64,000 nt of DNA from the human T2T-CHM13v2.0 reference genome, Homo sapiens, in NCBI RefSeq assembly GCF_009914755.1, contig NC_060927.1. One strand, given 5' to 3'. A program made the translations under genes and the position numbers. This document shows, piece after piece, positions 14,001-28,803 of the stretch. Below the pieces are notes generated by a model. The model had not been told where the DNA came from. It worked only from the letters and a program-made list of their open reading frames with translations, and did no database searches. Positions within the stretch are counted from its first letter, which is position 1; the number at the start of each line of letters is the position of its first letter.

Positions 14001-17000
14001 TTAATCTTTTCAAAAAACCAGCTCCTGGATTCATTGATTTTTTTTTTAAAGTGTTTTTCATGTCTCTATATCCTTCAATTCTGCTCTGATCTTAATTATT
14101 TCTTGTCTTCTGCTAGCTTTCGAATTTGTTTGCTCTTACTTCTCTAGTTCTTTTAATTGTGATGTTAGGGTGTCGGTTTTAGATCTTTCCCACTTTCGCC
14201 TGTGTGCATTAGTGCTGTAAATTTCCCTCTAAACACTGCTTTAAATGTGTCCCAGAGATTCTGGTATGTTGTGTCTTTGTTCTCATTGGTTTCGAAGAGC
14301 TTATTTGTTTCTGCCTTAATTTCGTTATTTATCTAATAGTCATTCAGGAGCAGGTTGTTTCCGTGTAGTTGCGTGGTTTTGAGTGAATTTCTTAATCCTG
14401 AGTTCTAATTTGATTGCACTGTGGTCTGAGAGACTGTTTGTTATGATTTCCATTATTTTGCATTTGCTGAGGAATGTTTTACTTCCATTTATGTGGTCGA
14501 TTTTAGAATCAGTGCTGTGTGGTGCTGAGAAGAATGTATATTCTGTTGATTTGGGGTGGAGAGTTCTGTAGATGTCAGTCAGGTCCCCTCGGTCCGGAGC
14601 TGAGTCCAAGTCCTGAATATCCTTGTTAATTTTCTGTCTCGCTGATCTAGCTAATATTGACAGTGAGGTGTTAAAGTCTCCCACTATTATTGTGTGGAAG
14701 TCTAAGTTTCTTTGTAGGTCTCTAAGAACTTGCTTTATGAATCTGAGTGCTCCTGTATTGGGTGCATATATATTTAGGATAGTTAGCTTTTCTTGTTGAA
14801 TTGACCCCTTTGCCGTTATGTAATGCCTTTCTTTGTCTTTTTTGATGTTTGTTGGTTTAAAGTCTGTTTTGTCAGAGACAAGGATTGCAACCCCTGCTTT
14901 TTTTTGCTTTCCATTGGCTTGGTAAATATTCCTCCATCCCTTTATTTTGAGCCTATTTGTGTCTTTGCATGTGATATGGGTCTCCTGAATACAGCACGCC
15001 AGTGGGTCTTAACTCTATCCAATTTGCCAGTCTGTTTCTTTTAACTGGGGCATCTAGCCCATTTACATTTAAGGTTAATATTGTTATGTGTGAATTCGAT
15101 CTGTCATGATGCTAGCTGTTTATTTTGCACATTAGTTGATGCAGTTTCTTTGTGGTGTCAGTGGTCTTTACAATTTGTTGTTTTTGCAGTAGCTGGTATG
15201 GGATTTTCCTTTCCATATTTAGCACTTCCTTCAGGAGCTCTTGTAAGGCAGGCCCGGTGGTGACAAAATCTCTTAGCATTTGCTTGTCTGTAAAGGATTT
15301 TATTTCTTCTTTGCTTATGAAGCTTAGTTTGGCTGGATATGAAATTCTGGGTTGAAAGTTCTTTTCTTTAAGAATGTTGAATATTGGCCTTTACTCTCTT
15401 TTGGCTTGTAGCGTTTCTACAGAGAGATCTGCTGTTAGTCTGATGGGCTTCACCTTGTAGGTAGCCTGACCTTTCTCTCCGGCTGCCCTTAACATTTTTT
15501 CCTTCCTTTCAACCTTGGTGAATCTGATGATTATGTGTCTTGGGTTGATCTTCTCGAGGAGTATCTTAGTGGTGCTCTCTGTATTTCCTGAATTTGAATG
15601 TTGGCCTTTCTTGCTAGGTTGGAGAAGTTCTCCTGGGTAATATCCTCAAGTGTGTTTTCCAACGTGGTTCCATTCTCCCTGTCACTTTCGGGTACACCAA
15701 TCAATCGTAGGTTTGGTCTTTTCACATAGTCCGATATTTCTTGGAGGCTTTGTTCGTTCCTTTTCATTATTTTTTCTCATCTTGTCGTCACACTTTATTT
15801 CATTAAGTTGATCTTCAGTCTCTGATAGCCTTTCTTCTGCTTGATCGATTCGGCTATTGATACTTGTGTATGCTTCACGAAATTCTCGTGCTGTGTTTTC
15901 CAGCTCCATCAGGTCATTTATGTTCGTGTCTAAACTGGTTATTCTAGTTAGCTGTTCCTGTAACCTTTTATCAAGGTTCTTAGCTTGCTTTCATTGGGTT
16001 AGAACATGCTCCTTTAGCTCCGAGGAGTTTGTTATTACCCACCTTCTGAAGTGTACTTCTGTCAGTTTTTCATACTCATTTTCTGCCCAGTTTTGTTCCC
16101 TTGCTGGTGAGGAGTTGTGATCGTTTGGAGAAGAGGTATTCTGGTTTTTGGAGTTTTCAGCCTTTTTTTGGTGGTTTTTCCTCATCTTCATGGATTTGTC
16201 TGCCTTTGATCTTTGACGCGGATGACTTTTGGATAGGGTTTTTGCGTGGGTGTCCTTTTTGTTTTTGTTGATGTTATTGCTTTATGTTTGTTAGTTTTCC
16301 TTCTAACAGTCAGGCCCCTCTGCTGCAGGTCTGCTGGAGTTTGCTGGACGTTCATTTCAGACCCTGTGTGCCTGGGTATCACCACCAGAGGCTGCAGAAC
16401 AGCAAAGCTTGCTGCCTGCTCCTTCCTCTGAAAGCTTTGTCCCAGAGGGGCACATACCAGATGCCAGCTGGAGCTCTTTTTTATGAGGTGTCTGTTGAAC
16501 CCTCCTGGGAGGTGTCTCCCCATCAGGAAGCATGGGGGTCAGGGACCCACTTGAGGAGGCAGTGTGTCCCTTAGCAGAGCTCAAGTGCTGTGCTGCGAGA
16601 TCCACTCCTCTCTTCAGAGCTGGCAGACAGGAACAGTTAAGTCTGCTGAAGCTGTGCCCACAGCTGCCTGTTCCCCCAGGTGCCCTGTCTTATGGAGATG
16701 GGAGTTTTATCTATAAGCACCTGACTGGGGCTGCTGCCTTTCTGTCAGAGATGCCCTGCCCAGTGAGGCAGTCTAGAGAGGCAGTCTGGCTACTGTGGCT
16801 TTGCAGTGGGTTCTGCCCAGCCCGAACTTCGCCGCAGCTTTGTTTACACTGTGAGGGGAAAACCACCTACTCAAGCTTCAGTAATGGTGGATGCCCTTCC
16901 CCTAACCAAACCCAATCACCCCAGGTCGACTTCAGAATGCTTTGCTGGCAGCAAGAATTTCAAGCCAGTGGATCTTAGCTTGCTGGGCTCTGTGGGGGTG

Positions 17001-17535
17001 GAGCCTACTGGGCAAGATCACTTGGCTTCCTGGCTTCAGCCCCCTTTCCATGGGAGTAAACAGTTCTGTCTCACTGGGGTTCCAGGTGTCACTGGGTACG
17101 AAGAAAAAAAAGAAACAACAGAAAAAAAAAAACTCCTGCACCTAGCTCTGCCCAAACAGCCACCCAGTTTTGTGCTTGAAACCCAAGACCCTGGTGGCGT
17201 AGGCACTAGAGGGAATCTCCTCGTCTGTGGGTTGCGAAGACTGTGGGAAAAGCATAGTATTTGGGCTGGAATGCACCATTCCTCATGACACAGTCCCTCA
17301 AGGCTTCCCTTGTTTAGGGGAGGTAGTTCCCTGGCCCCTAGTGCTTCTCGGGTGAGGCAACACCCCACCCTGCATCTGCTTGCCCACTGTGGGCTGCACC
17401 CACTGTCTAACCAGTCCCATTGAGATGAACCGGGTACCTCAGTTGGAAATGCAGAAATCACCCACCTTCTGTTATGGCCTTGCTGGGAGCTACATATCGG
17501 AGCTGTTCCTATTCAGCCATCTTGCCAGATCCCCC
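11049..17535 (-). mobile_element. Inner full-length L1 (about L1PA7), nested in the same orientation
   Basis: T-rich tail ~11049-11073, 3'UTR, fragmented ORF2 (endonuclease GDFNT motif 14340-14684; RT 12361-13158), ORF1 start near 16190, 5'UTR ending ...cagccatcttgccagatccccc at 17535. Both ORFs disrupted. Confidence 0.92.
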
Positions 17536-20500
17536 TGTTTGTTTGTTTGTTTGTTTTTCATGTAAATATAAGGTCCTTGTAGACTCTGGATACTAGACCT
17601 TTGTCAGATGGATGGATAGCAAAAATTTTCTTCCACTCTGTAGGTTGCCTGTTTGCTCTGATGATAGTTTCTTTTGCTGTGCAGAAGCTCTTTAGTTTAA
17701 TTAGATCCCATTTATCAATTTTTGCTTTTGTTACTATTGCTTTTGGCGATTTTGTGATGAAACTTTTGCCTGTGCCTGTGTCCTCAATGGTATTGCCTAG
17801 ATTTTCTTCTAGAGTTTTTATGGTTCTGGGTTTTACAGTTAAGTCTTTGATCCATCTTGAGTTAATTTTTATATAAGGAAGGGGTCTAGTTTCAGTTTTC
17901 TTGATATGGCTTGCCAGTTCTCCCAGCACCGTTTATTAAATAGGGAATCCTTTCCCCATTGCTTGTTTTTGTCAGGTTTCTCAAAGATCAGATGGTTGTA
18001 GATGTGCCATCTTATTTCTGAGTTCTTTATTCTATTCCATTGGTCTATGTGTCTGTTTTTGTAGCAGTACCATGCTGTTTGGGTTATTGTAGCCTTGCGG
18101 TATATTTTGAAGTCCAGTAGCATGTTGCCTCCAGCTTTGTTCTTTTTGCTTAGGATTGTCTTGGCTGTATGAGCTCTTTTTTTATTCCATATGAATTTTA
18201 AAATAGTTTCTTCTGATTCTGTGAAGAATGTTAATGGTAGTTTAATGGAAATAGCATTGAATCTATAAATTACTTAGGGTGGTGTGGCCATTTTTGTAAT
18301 ACTGATTCTTCCTATCCATGAGCGTGGAATGTTTATCCATTTGTTTGTGTCCTCTCTGATTTCCTTGTGCAGTGGTTTGTAGTTCATCTTGAAGAGATCC
18401 TTCACGTCCCTTGCTAGCTGTATTCTTAGTTATTTTTTTCTCTTTGTAGCAATTGTGAATGGGAGTTCATTCATGATTTGGCTCTCTGCTTGCCTGTAGT
18501 TCGTGTATAGGAATGCTTGTGACTTTTGCATGTTGATTTTGTATCCTGAGACGTTGCTGAAATTGCTTAAAAGCTTAAGAAGCTTGTGGGCTGAGACAAT
18601 GGGGTTTTCTAGAAGGAGTATCATGTCATCTGCAAACAGAGACAATTTGACTTCCTCTCTTCTTGTTTGAATCCTTTATTTCTTTCTCTTGCCTGATTGT
18701 CCTGGCCAGAACTTCCAATACTATGTTGAATAGGAGTGGTGAGCGAGGGCATCCTTCTCTTGTGCTGGTTTTCAAAGGGAATGCTTCCACCTTTTGCCCA
18801 TTCAGTATGATACGGGCTGTGGGTTTGTCCTGTATAGCTCTTATTATTTTGAGGTATGATCCATCAATACCTAGTTTATTGAGACATAACATGAAAGGAT
18901 GTTGAGTTTTACTGAAGGCCTTTTCTGTGTCTATTGAGATAATCATGTGGTTTTTGTTTTTGGATCTGTTTATGTGATGAATTATGTTTATTGATTTGCG
19001 TATGTTGAACCAGCCGTGCATCCTGGGGATGAAGCCGACTTGATCACGGTGGATAAGGTTTTTGATGTGCTGCTGTATTCGGCGTGCCTGTATTTTATTG
19101 AGAATTTTTACATTGATGTTCATCAGGGATATTGGACTGAAGTTTTGTTTTTTGTTGTTGTATGTCTGCCAGGTTTTGGTATCAGGATGATGCTGGCGTC
19201 ATAGAATGAATTAGGGAGGAGCACTTCCTTTTCAGTTGTTTGGAATACTTTTAGAAGAAAGAGTATCAGCTCCTGTTTATATTTCTGGTAGAATTCAGCT
19301 GTAAAACCGTCTGGTTCTGGGCTTTTTTTTGTTTTTTTTTTTAGTTATTTATTACTGCCTCAATTTCAGAACAGGTTATTGGTCTAGTCAGAGATTCCAA
19401 TTCCTTTTGGTTCATTCTTGGGAGGGTTTATGTGTCCAGGAATATATCCATTTCTTACAGATTTTCGAGTTTGTTTGCATTGAGGTGTTTATAGTATTCT
19501 CTGATCATTGTTTGTATTTCTGTGGGGTCGCCAGTGATATCCCCTTTATCACTTTTTATTGTGTCTATTTGATTCTTTTCTTCTTTATTAGTCTAGTTAG
19601 TAGTCTATTTTTATTAATATTTTTTAAAAACTAGCTCCTGGATTCTTTGATTTTTTTTTTTTTTTTTGAAGGGTTTTTCATGTTTATCTCCTTCAGTTCT
19701 GCTCTGATCTTGGTTATTTCTTGTCTTCTGCTAGCTTTGGGGTTTGTTTACTCTCAGTTCTCTAGTTCTTTTAGTTGTGATGTTAGGCTGTCAGTTTGAG
19801 ATCTTTCTAACTTTTTGATGTAGGCATTTATTGCTATAAATTTCCCTCATAATGCTGCAAATCTGTGTCCCAGAGATTCTGATACGTTGTTTCTTTGTTC
19901 TTACTGATTTCAAATAACTTCTTGATTTCTGCCTTAATTTCATCATTTAGCCAGTAGTCTCAGAAGCAGGTTGTTCAATTTCCATATACCTTTGTGGTGT
20001 TGAGTGGGTTTCTTCATCTTAAGTTCTGATTTGATTGCATTGTGGTCTAAGAGACTGTTTGTTATGATTTCAGTTATTTTGCATTTGCTCACAAGTGATT
20101 TTCTTCCAATTGTGCGATCAGTTTTAGAGTGCCATGTGGCACCGAGAAGAATGCATATTCTGTTGTTTTTGGGGAGAGAGTTCTGTAGGTATCTGTCAGG
20201 TCCACTTGATCCAGAGCTGAGTTCAGGTCCTGAATATCTTTGTTAATTTTCTGTCTCAATGGTCTATCCTTGATAGTAGGGTATTAAAGTCTCCCACTAT
20301 ACTTGTGTGGGAGTGTAAATCTCTTTGTAGGTATCTAAGAACTTGTTTTATGAATCTAGGTGCTCCTGTATTGGGTCCATATATATTTAGGATAGTTAGC
20401 TCTTCTTCTTGATTTGAGCCCTTTACCATCATGTAATGCCCTTTTTTGTCTTTTTTAATGTTTGTTGGTTTAAAGTCTGTTTTGTCAGAGACTAGGATTG

Positions 20501-23220
20501 TAACACGTGCTTTTTTCTGTTTTCCATTTGCTTGGTAAATTTTCCTCCATCCTTTTCTTTTGAGCCTATGTGTGTCTTTGCATGTGAGATGGGTCTCTTG
20601 AATACAGCACAGCAATGGATCTTGACTCTTTACTCCAGTTTGCCATTCTGTGCCTTTTAATTGGGGGCATTTGCCCATTTACATTTAAGGTTACTATTGT
20701 TATTGTGTGAATTTGATTGTTTCATCATGATGCTGGCTGATTATTTTGCAGACTTGTTTATGTAGTTGCTTCATCATGTCACTGGCCTGTGTACTTCCAT
20801 GTGGTTTCCTAGTGGTTGGTAATGGTTTTTCCTTTCCATATTTAGTGCTTCCTTCAGGAACTCTTGCAAGGCAGGCTTGGTGCTGATGAATTCCCTCAGC
20901 ATTTGCTTGTCTGAAAAAGATTTTATTTCTCCTTTGCTTATGAGGCTTACTTTGGCCAGATACGAAATTCTAGGTTGGAAATTCTTTTGTTTAAGCATGT
21001 TGAATATCAGCCCCTAATGTCTTCTGGCTTGTAGGGTTTCTGCTGAGAGGTCTGCTCTTAGTCTAATGGGCCTCCCTGTAGAGATGAGCGGCCTTTCTCT
21101 CTGGCTGCCCTTAACATTTTTTTTTCTTCATTTCAACCTTGGAGGATCTGATGATTATATGTCTTGGGGTTGATATTCTCATGGAGTTATCTTCCTGGGG
21201 TTCTCTGGAGTTCCTGAATTTGAATGTTGGCTTATCTTGCTAGGTTGAGGAAGTTCTCCTGGATGATACCCTGAAGTGTGTTTTCCAACTTGGTTCCATT
21301 CTCCTTGTCTCTTTCAGGTACCCCATCAGCTGTAGGTTTGGTTTTTTAACATAATCCCATAGTTCTTGGAGGTTTTGTTCATTCCTTTTTTTCTAATCTT
21401 GTCTGCCTATTTCAGCAAGATGGTATTCAAGTTCTGATATCTTCTCTTCCACTTGGTCTATTCAGCTATTGATACTTGTGTTGGCATTGTGAAGGTCTCA
21501 TGTTGTGTTTTTCAACTCCATCAGGTCATTTATGTTCATCTCTAAACTGGTTATTTTGGTTAACAGGTCCTGTAATGTTTTATCATGGTTCTTCACTTCT
21601 TTGCAGTGAGTTAGAACACACTCCTTTATCTCAGCAAAGTTCATTACTACCCATCTTCTGAAGCCTTCTTCTGTCAATTCACCCATCTCAAGCCTCGGCC
21701 CAGTTCTGTGCCCTTGCTGGAGACATGCTGTGATTATTTGGAGGAGAAGAGGCCCTCTGACTTTTTGAGTTTGCAGCATTTTTGCATTGATTCTTTATCA
21801 TCTTCATGGGTTTATCTACCTTTGATTTTGAGGCTGCTGACCTTTGGATGGGGTTTGTGTGGGTCTTTTTTGTTGATGATGTTGTTGTTGTTGCTTTCGG
21901 TTTGTTTTTCTTTTAGCAGTCAGGCCCCTCTTCTGTAGGACTACTGCAGTGTGCTGGGGGTCCATTCTAGACCCTATTCTCCGGGGCCCCTCCCATCCCT
22001 GGAGGTATCACCAGGGGAGGCTGCAGACCAGCAAAGATGGCAGCCTGCTCCTTTCTCTGGGAGCTCTGTCCCAGAGAGGCACTGACCTGATGCTGGATAG
22101 AATGCCCTTGTATGAGGTGTCTGCAGGCTTTTGTCAGGAGGTCTCACCCAGTCAGGAGGAGCAGGATCAGGGACCCACTTAAATAAGCAGTCTGGCTGCC
22201 CGTTGGCAGAGTGGGTGTGCTGTGCTGTGGGGAATCCCCCTCATCCAGGCTGCCCTGACTCTCCAGAGCCAGCAGGCATAAAAGACTAAGATTGCTTATC
22301 CATGATACCACAGCCGCCCCTCCTCCTAGGGGCTCCTGTCAGGGATATCAGAGTTCTGTCCATAAACCCCTGGCTGGGGATGCTGAAATTCCCACAGGGA
22401 GGCACTACCCAGTGAGGAGGAGTGGATCGGGGTCCTGCTTAAAGAATCAGTCTGGCCAAGAACTGACCCAGCCGCTGTACTGTGATGTGGGGAGTTGCTT
22501 CTGGTCCAAACCACCCGGTCTTGCTGGCACTGGTGGCAGGGGAAAACAGCCAACTGGAGCTGCAGTGATGGCGGCTGCCCCTTTTCCTCAGGAACTCAGT
22601 TGTCTTAGGCAGTCTCAAGTCTGATGTGCTGGCTGGTGGGGATTCCAAGCCAGTGGATTTTAGCTCTTGGGGTTCTGTGGGAATGAGGTCACTTGGCTCC
22701 CTGGCTTTAGCCCCCTTCCCATGGGAGTGGACAGATGTCCTGCCTCGCTGGGGTTCCCAGAGCTGGAGTATGCAAATACTCCTATGTCTCAGTGTCTGCT
22801 CGAGACACCACCCTCCTGAGCAGCTGCCGTGATTCTGCACAGTTCTGTGCTTAGGACCCAAGGCCCTGGATGCATGGGCTCATGAGGGGGACCTGCTGAT
22901 CTGTGGATTGCAAGAATCTGTGGGAAAAGCATGGCTTTCAGGGAGGGGTAGCACAATCCCTCACTGCCTGCCTTGACCAGGGGAGGGAGCCCCCTTTCCC
23001 CCTGCCGCCTTGTGAAGCTCCCGGGTGGGCCCTTGCTCCAGCCTGCCTTTCCTTGCTCTCCATGGGTCATGCCAACTGCCTCGTCAGTCCCAATGAGAGA
23101 ACCTTGGTACCTCAGTTGAAGATGCAGAATTCACTCACCATTTTTGTCCTTCTCAGTGGAAGCCACAGAGCAGAGCTGTTTCTGTTCAGCCATCTTGGCT
23201 GCACCTGACTTTTATTTATT

Positions 23221-23519
23221 AAAAAAAAAATTTTTTTTTGTTTTTTTTGAGACAGGCTCGGAGACTCTGTCACCCAAGCTGGAGTGCACTGTCTCATCAT
23301 AGCTCACTACAGCCTCGAAATCCTGGTCTCAAGTTACTCATGCTTCATATAGCTGGGACCATAGATATGCACCACCACATACAGCTATTTAAGTTTTATT
23401 ATAGAGATGGTATCTCTCTTTGTTGCCCAGGCTGGTGTCTAACTCCTGGACTCAAGCGATCCTCCAACCTTGGCCTCCCAAAGTGCTGGGATTACAGACA
23501 CGAACCACCACACCCAGCC
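23221..23519 (-). mobile_element. Old (J-like) Alu whose tail was split by the outer L1
   Basis: Diverged reverse dimer. Its TSD aaggactttt lies at 23523 and, 13.5 kb away, at 10006. Confidence 0.85.
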
Positions 23520-24313
23520 TCAAAGGACTTTTAGATTGACAAATTTGAGTTACATTGCCCGTATTGTGACTTGCGCTATACTTACCAACTTTCACTTGAC
23601 ACTGATATTTTCTAAATGCTTAAGGCTATAGAACAAACAGTAAAGGCAAAGTCACAGCCATCCTTGAGAAACTTAGTTTTGAGGTGAGAAATCAGGAGTT
23701 AGCATCACTTAAATCAGGTTAGAGTTTGTAGAACCAAAGTTACTGAAGTAGAGAAGTGTATATGATGGCATAGCTCATTACACATTTCCTGTATATTAGG
23801 AGCCTCATTATATAATTGTTTTTTTTTCTGTCTTTTTAACGTACCCAAAGTATTGAAAGTCGAGGGAGTGCCAGAGACAAGTAAGATTATGTTCGTTGGG
23901 AAATTCATATTATGGCTACGAAAATAACTATAGGCAAAGATACCATACTAGTATATAATGCATCCTGCTGGTCTGTTTTATCCCATTAAAAAACTTCGCG
24001 CGCTTTTATTAGGAGGTTTATTTTTCTTATGACTGGGGGAAACAAAATTAGATAATTTACCTTTGAAACAGAGTTGCTTATCTAGCATTCTTATACCTTC
24101 CTTATCTGTTATTAGTGAGCTTGTTTACTGTGACTATTTCTGCCTTTCAAAGTTGATCTGATTAAATTTGGTTAAAATTATTGTCTAATCTTCCATTAGC
24201 TGTTTTTCTTTGTGAGCATGTAAATACTGTAGACAAAACAAAAAAAATGATACATCTTCATAACTTAAGGGGTCAGCTAAACTGAAATCAAAGTACTGTG
24301 ACAGCAATTAAAT

Positions 24314-24587
<274 letters not shown>

Positions 24588-24669
24588 AGCAATTTAATCT
24601 TTAGTGGGCTTTTAGACAAATAATTGAGACTAAACTTTGAATTAATTAAACTTGAGCTTTTTATGGTGG

Positions 24670-25362
24670 TATTTATTTAAAAATATATAAACTAAAATTT
24701 GCCGTTTTTTAACAATTTTAAGTGCCTAATAGCATTAATTACATTCAGTGTTGTGCAACCATGATCACTATTTCTAAAATGTTTTCATCACTCCAGATAC
24801 AAACTCTGTAACCATTAAGCAATAACTCCCCACTCTCCCCTCACCCCAGCCCCTAGTAACTTCTAATCCACTTTATGTCTCTGTGATTTTGCCTGTTCTA
24901 GTTATTTCATATCAGTGGACCATGTGATATTTGTCCTTTGTGTTTGGCTTATTTCACTTAGCTCAGTGTTTTTAATGTTTATCCATGTTGTAGTTTGTGT
25001 CAGAACCCCATTCCCTCTTTGAATAATATTACATGGCATGGATATACTTCCTCTGTTAATGGTCACCCGGGTTGTTTCCATCTTTTGGCTATTGTGAATA
25101 AGGCTGCTGTGAACAATGGTATGCAAGGTTCTGTCTGAGTTCCTGCTTTTAATTCTTTTGGGTGTATACCTATAAGTGGAGTTGCTCAGTCATAAAGGAA
25201 TTCTATTTTTAGCTGTTTGAGGAAGCCTCAAACTGTTTTCCACAGTGGCTGCACCATTTACACTCCCACCAGCAATGTATTAGGGTTCCAGTGTCTTGTC
25301 ACCACTTGTTATTTTGTTTTTTCTCTTTAAATTATAGTCATACTAATAGGTGTGAAATGGTA
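24670..25362 (-). mobile_element. Old L1M (L1MB-like) 3' fragment
   Basis: Typical L1MB 3'UTR and ORF2-end motifs (acattcagtgttgtgcaacc; aaactgttttccacagtggctgcacc). Confidence 0.75.
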
Positions 25363-25488
25363 TGAACCAGTTGCATTTTTAAAAGTACGTTTAAGATAAT
25401 TTGTTTATGAAATATTTAAACTTTGGTTAAAAGTGCCCTGAGTTCAACAGTTTTAAAAAATTGTCATATTTTAAAACATTTATATAAT

Positions 25489-25712
25489 TGCTATGGTCTG
25501 AATATTTGTGTTCCCCCAAAATTCTTACATTGAAGTTCCAACTTTCAAGATGATGGTATTAGGAGGTGTATGGCCTTTGGAAGGTGAATTAGGTCATGGG
25601 GGTGGAGGCCCCATGATGGGATTAGCATCTTTATAAAAAACACCTGAGAGAGAAAGAGAGCACATGCCAGAGACCCCCACCTCTTTCATCACATAGTGTT
25701 ACAGTGAAAAGA
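25489..25712 (+). mobile_element. MaLR LTR fragment (MST/MLT1A-like)
   Basis: tgctatggtctgaat...cccccaaaattc...ggattag. Confidence 0.65.
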
Positions 25713-25715
25713 CCA

Positions 25716-25860
25716 AGAGCATTATTAGCATAACCTGGGAACTTGATATTAATGCAAATTCTCAGGTCCTACCTAAATCGGAAGTCTGGTGCTAGGGCTT
25801 AGAATCTGTGTTTTAACAAGCGCTTGAAATGATTATGATGCATGCTAACGTTTAAACCGT
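25716..25860. mobile_element. MER5-like relic
   Basis: cattagcataacctgggaacttg...atgcaaattctcagg...aatctgtgttttaacaag. Confidence 0.6.
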
Positions 25861-26390
25861 TCTCTGTATTTAGAGTTCTTTTCTTGTCTTTTATAGCATG
25901 ATGAGAATCTATGCATCTTGGCTCAGTTGCAGTGTTATCCCTTCTGGAAAGGCTCCCCCTGCCCCAGTCACCTCCTGCACTGGGCTCTCAGAGTGCGCTA
26001 GTATGGAGTGCTGATAGTTGGTTTGATGTTCCTTCCAGTTTGAGAAACCCTTCCGTGTAGGGATTTGTATCTCTTTTACTTCTTTATAAACCATCATGCT
26101 TAGCAAACTGTAGATGTCTTTTTAAAGTTTGTTCAGTTGAATTGTGTGTCCAGTGGGTGGGGGACAGGGTACATAAAGTAATTATAGGGAAGTACAGATG
26201 AAGCAGGTTGATACTTGATTCATGGGGTTGTGAAAACAATGGCAAAAGTTGAGTTAACATTTTTCAAAAGTTTTCTTGGGGGGTTGTATCATGCTTTCTT
26301 GTTATATAGCTTTCTGCCTACTTTTTTTTTTTTTTCTTATTTTGAGAGTGGTGTATGCTAGTTAGAATTCAGAATTATCAGGAGGAACTT

Positions 26391-26678
26391 TATCTTAGTC
26401 TGTTTTGTACTGCTATGACAGAATACCACAGACTGGGTAATTTATAATGAACAGAAATTACCTGTTCATTATCCTGGAGGCTAGGAAGTCCAAGACTGAG
26501 GGACCAAACTCGCCCTTTTATATGGAACTCTCTCCTCAGATAACAGCATTAAGCCATTCATGAGGGTGGTGCCCCCATGACCCAAGTACCTCCCATTCCA
26601 TCCTGCCTCTCAACACTGCCACATTGGGGATCAAATTTCCAGCACATGAACTTTGGGGGACACATTCAAATCATAGCA
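26391..26678 (-). mobile_element. MaLR LTR (MST/MLT1A-like), internally deleted
   Basis: cttagtctgttttgtactgctat...gacacattcaaatcatagca. Confidence 0.7.
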
Positions 26679-28115
26679 AATTTGCTTTAAAATGCTTATA
26701 AGGTATGAAATGAACTTTGAAGATGAGTGTGGGGAGGTTCTGAGATGTTTTTGTTTTCACATTTAGGATACAGCAAAGTGTCTTTTAAGGAAGGAATCCT
26801 TTGTTATTAATTCACTAGTTTGATGCATGCTTTAGATTTTTAAAATATAGGACACTTTTACCCTGTGAAGTTTAAATATGTGACTAGTTAAAGATATTAA
26901 AGTTTTGGCACACATTTTCTCATTAAGCAATGAGATTCATATTTTCTAGTTTATGGGATAAAAATAAAAATTCGATCAGTGGTTGCTACAGTTTCAATCT
27001 CATTACAGCTGCAGTGGAGTTTTCTTATTAAGACAAACCTCTTTTCAACCACAGATACACTTTTTAGCTTAGGCTTCACAAAGCCTCATAACTGAGGTTG
27101 CATTGGCATTGAGTATCTTGCCTTTAACAGACTTTTAGGACTTTATTTGTTTCCCACAATTTTCTGCATGTTTGTCTCAAATGAACTATAAAATGATTCA
27201 GTGACAACATGTGGTTTTAATAACAAACAAGCATGGGCAAATGAATGTAGACTTAGAATTTGAAGTTTTGTACATATGCCATGGCTTCAACTTCTAACTG
27301 AATTTATAGCTCAGCACTCAGTCAGTGGTAAATTATCAGTTGCTAGATGGACTTTTTCATTCTAGACTTCAATTATTTTGAGTGCCTGATATTGAAGACC
27401 ACAGATCATTGATATAAAGAATTTTCTGCAAGTTTTTAATAGTATATTTATAGTTAGGTTTTGTGATCAAGTGGGAGCAAATTTCCCCCAATCTGTTTTT
27501 TACCTTCTTGGTTTTTAATTATTACAGTTTATATTGCATCAAAATGTAAATTTCAAGATAAGTAAGGTATTATAAAACTCATTTCTTTACAAAGGTTTCT
27601 ATTGAAAATGAGTCTTTTTGAAGTAGGAATGTACTATAGTAGCTGCTCTGAGCATTAGAAATAGGCATTGTGGAGATGCCTCTTTCCTCTCTGAGGTGGA
27701 AGAGCATGAGGCTACTAATGTGTGTAAATGCGGTCTTTCCCTCAGATTGGGTGGGGCAATGGAAGGGGTGATGGAAGAGAGAGGGTTAGTAGATGCCACA
27801 TTGGTATTGAGTGTCTTGCCTTTAACAGGCTTTGACTGAACTAAAACCACATTTTCCAGTCAACCTTATAGTGATAAAAATAATACTCTGGTCTTAATTA
27901 ATGTACTGTGTCTAAAATAATGTATTATATCAGTTATTGTAACCACCCAACAAGTTCTTGCCTGCTGCCCAGGCAGAGCCAATTTATCAAGACAAGGGAA
28001 TTGCAATAGAGAAAGAGTTTAATACACATAGAGCTGGGTAAATGGGAGACTGGAGTTTTATATTACTCAGCCTCAGTGAAAATTCAGAGGCTGGGATTTT
28101 TTAAAGATAGTTTGT

Positions 28116-28722
<607 letters not shown>

Positions 28723-28745
28723 AAGAAGACTCCCTGTTTGTTAAA

Positions 28746-28747
<2 letters not shown>

Positions 28748-28801
<54 letters not shown>
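28748..28801. repeat. (TG)n microsatellite, ~26 units
   Basis: Read directly. Confidence 0.97.

Positions 28802-28803
<2 letters not shown>

Noticed and set aside
11294-21779. L1 ORF1/ORF2 fragments (endonuclease, RT) as active genes or a novel RT system
   Set aside because: Ordinary LINE-1 remnants with many frameshifts and stops; not retrotransposition-competent.
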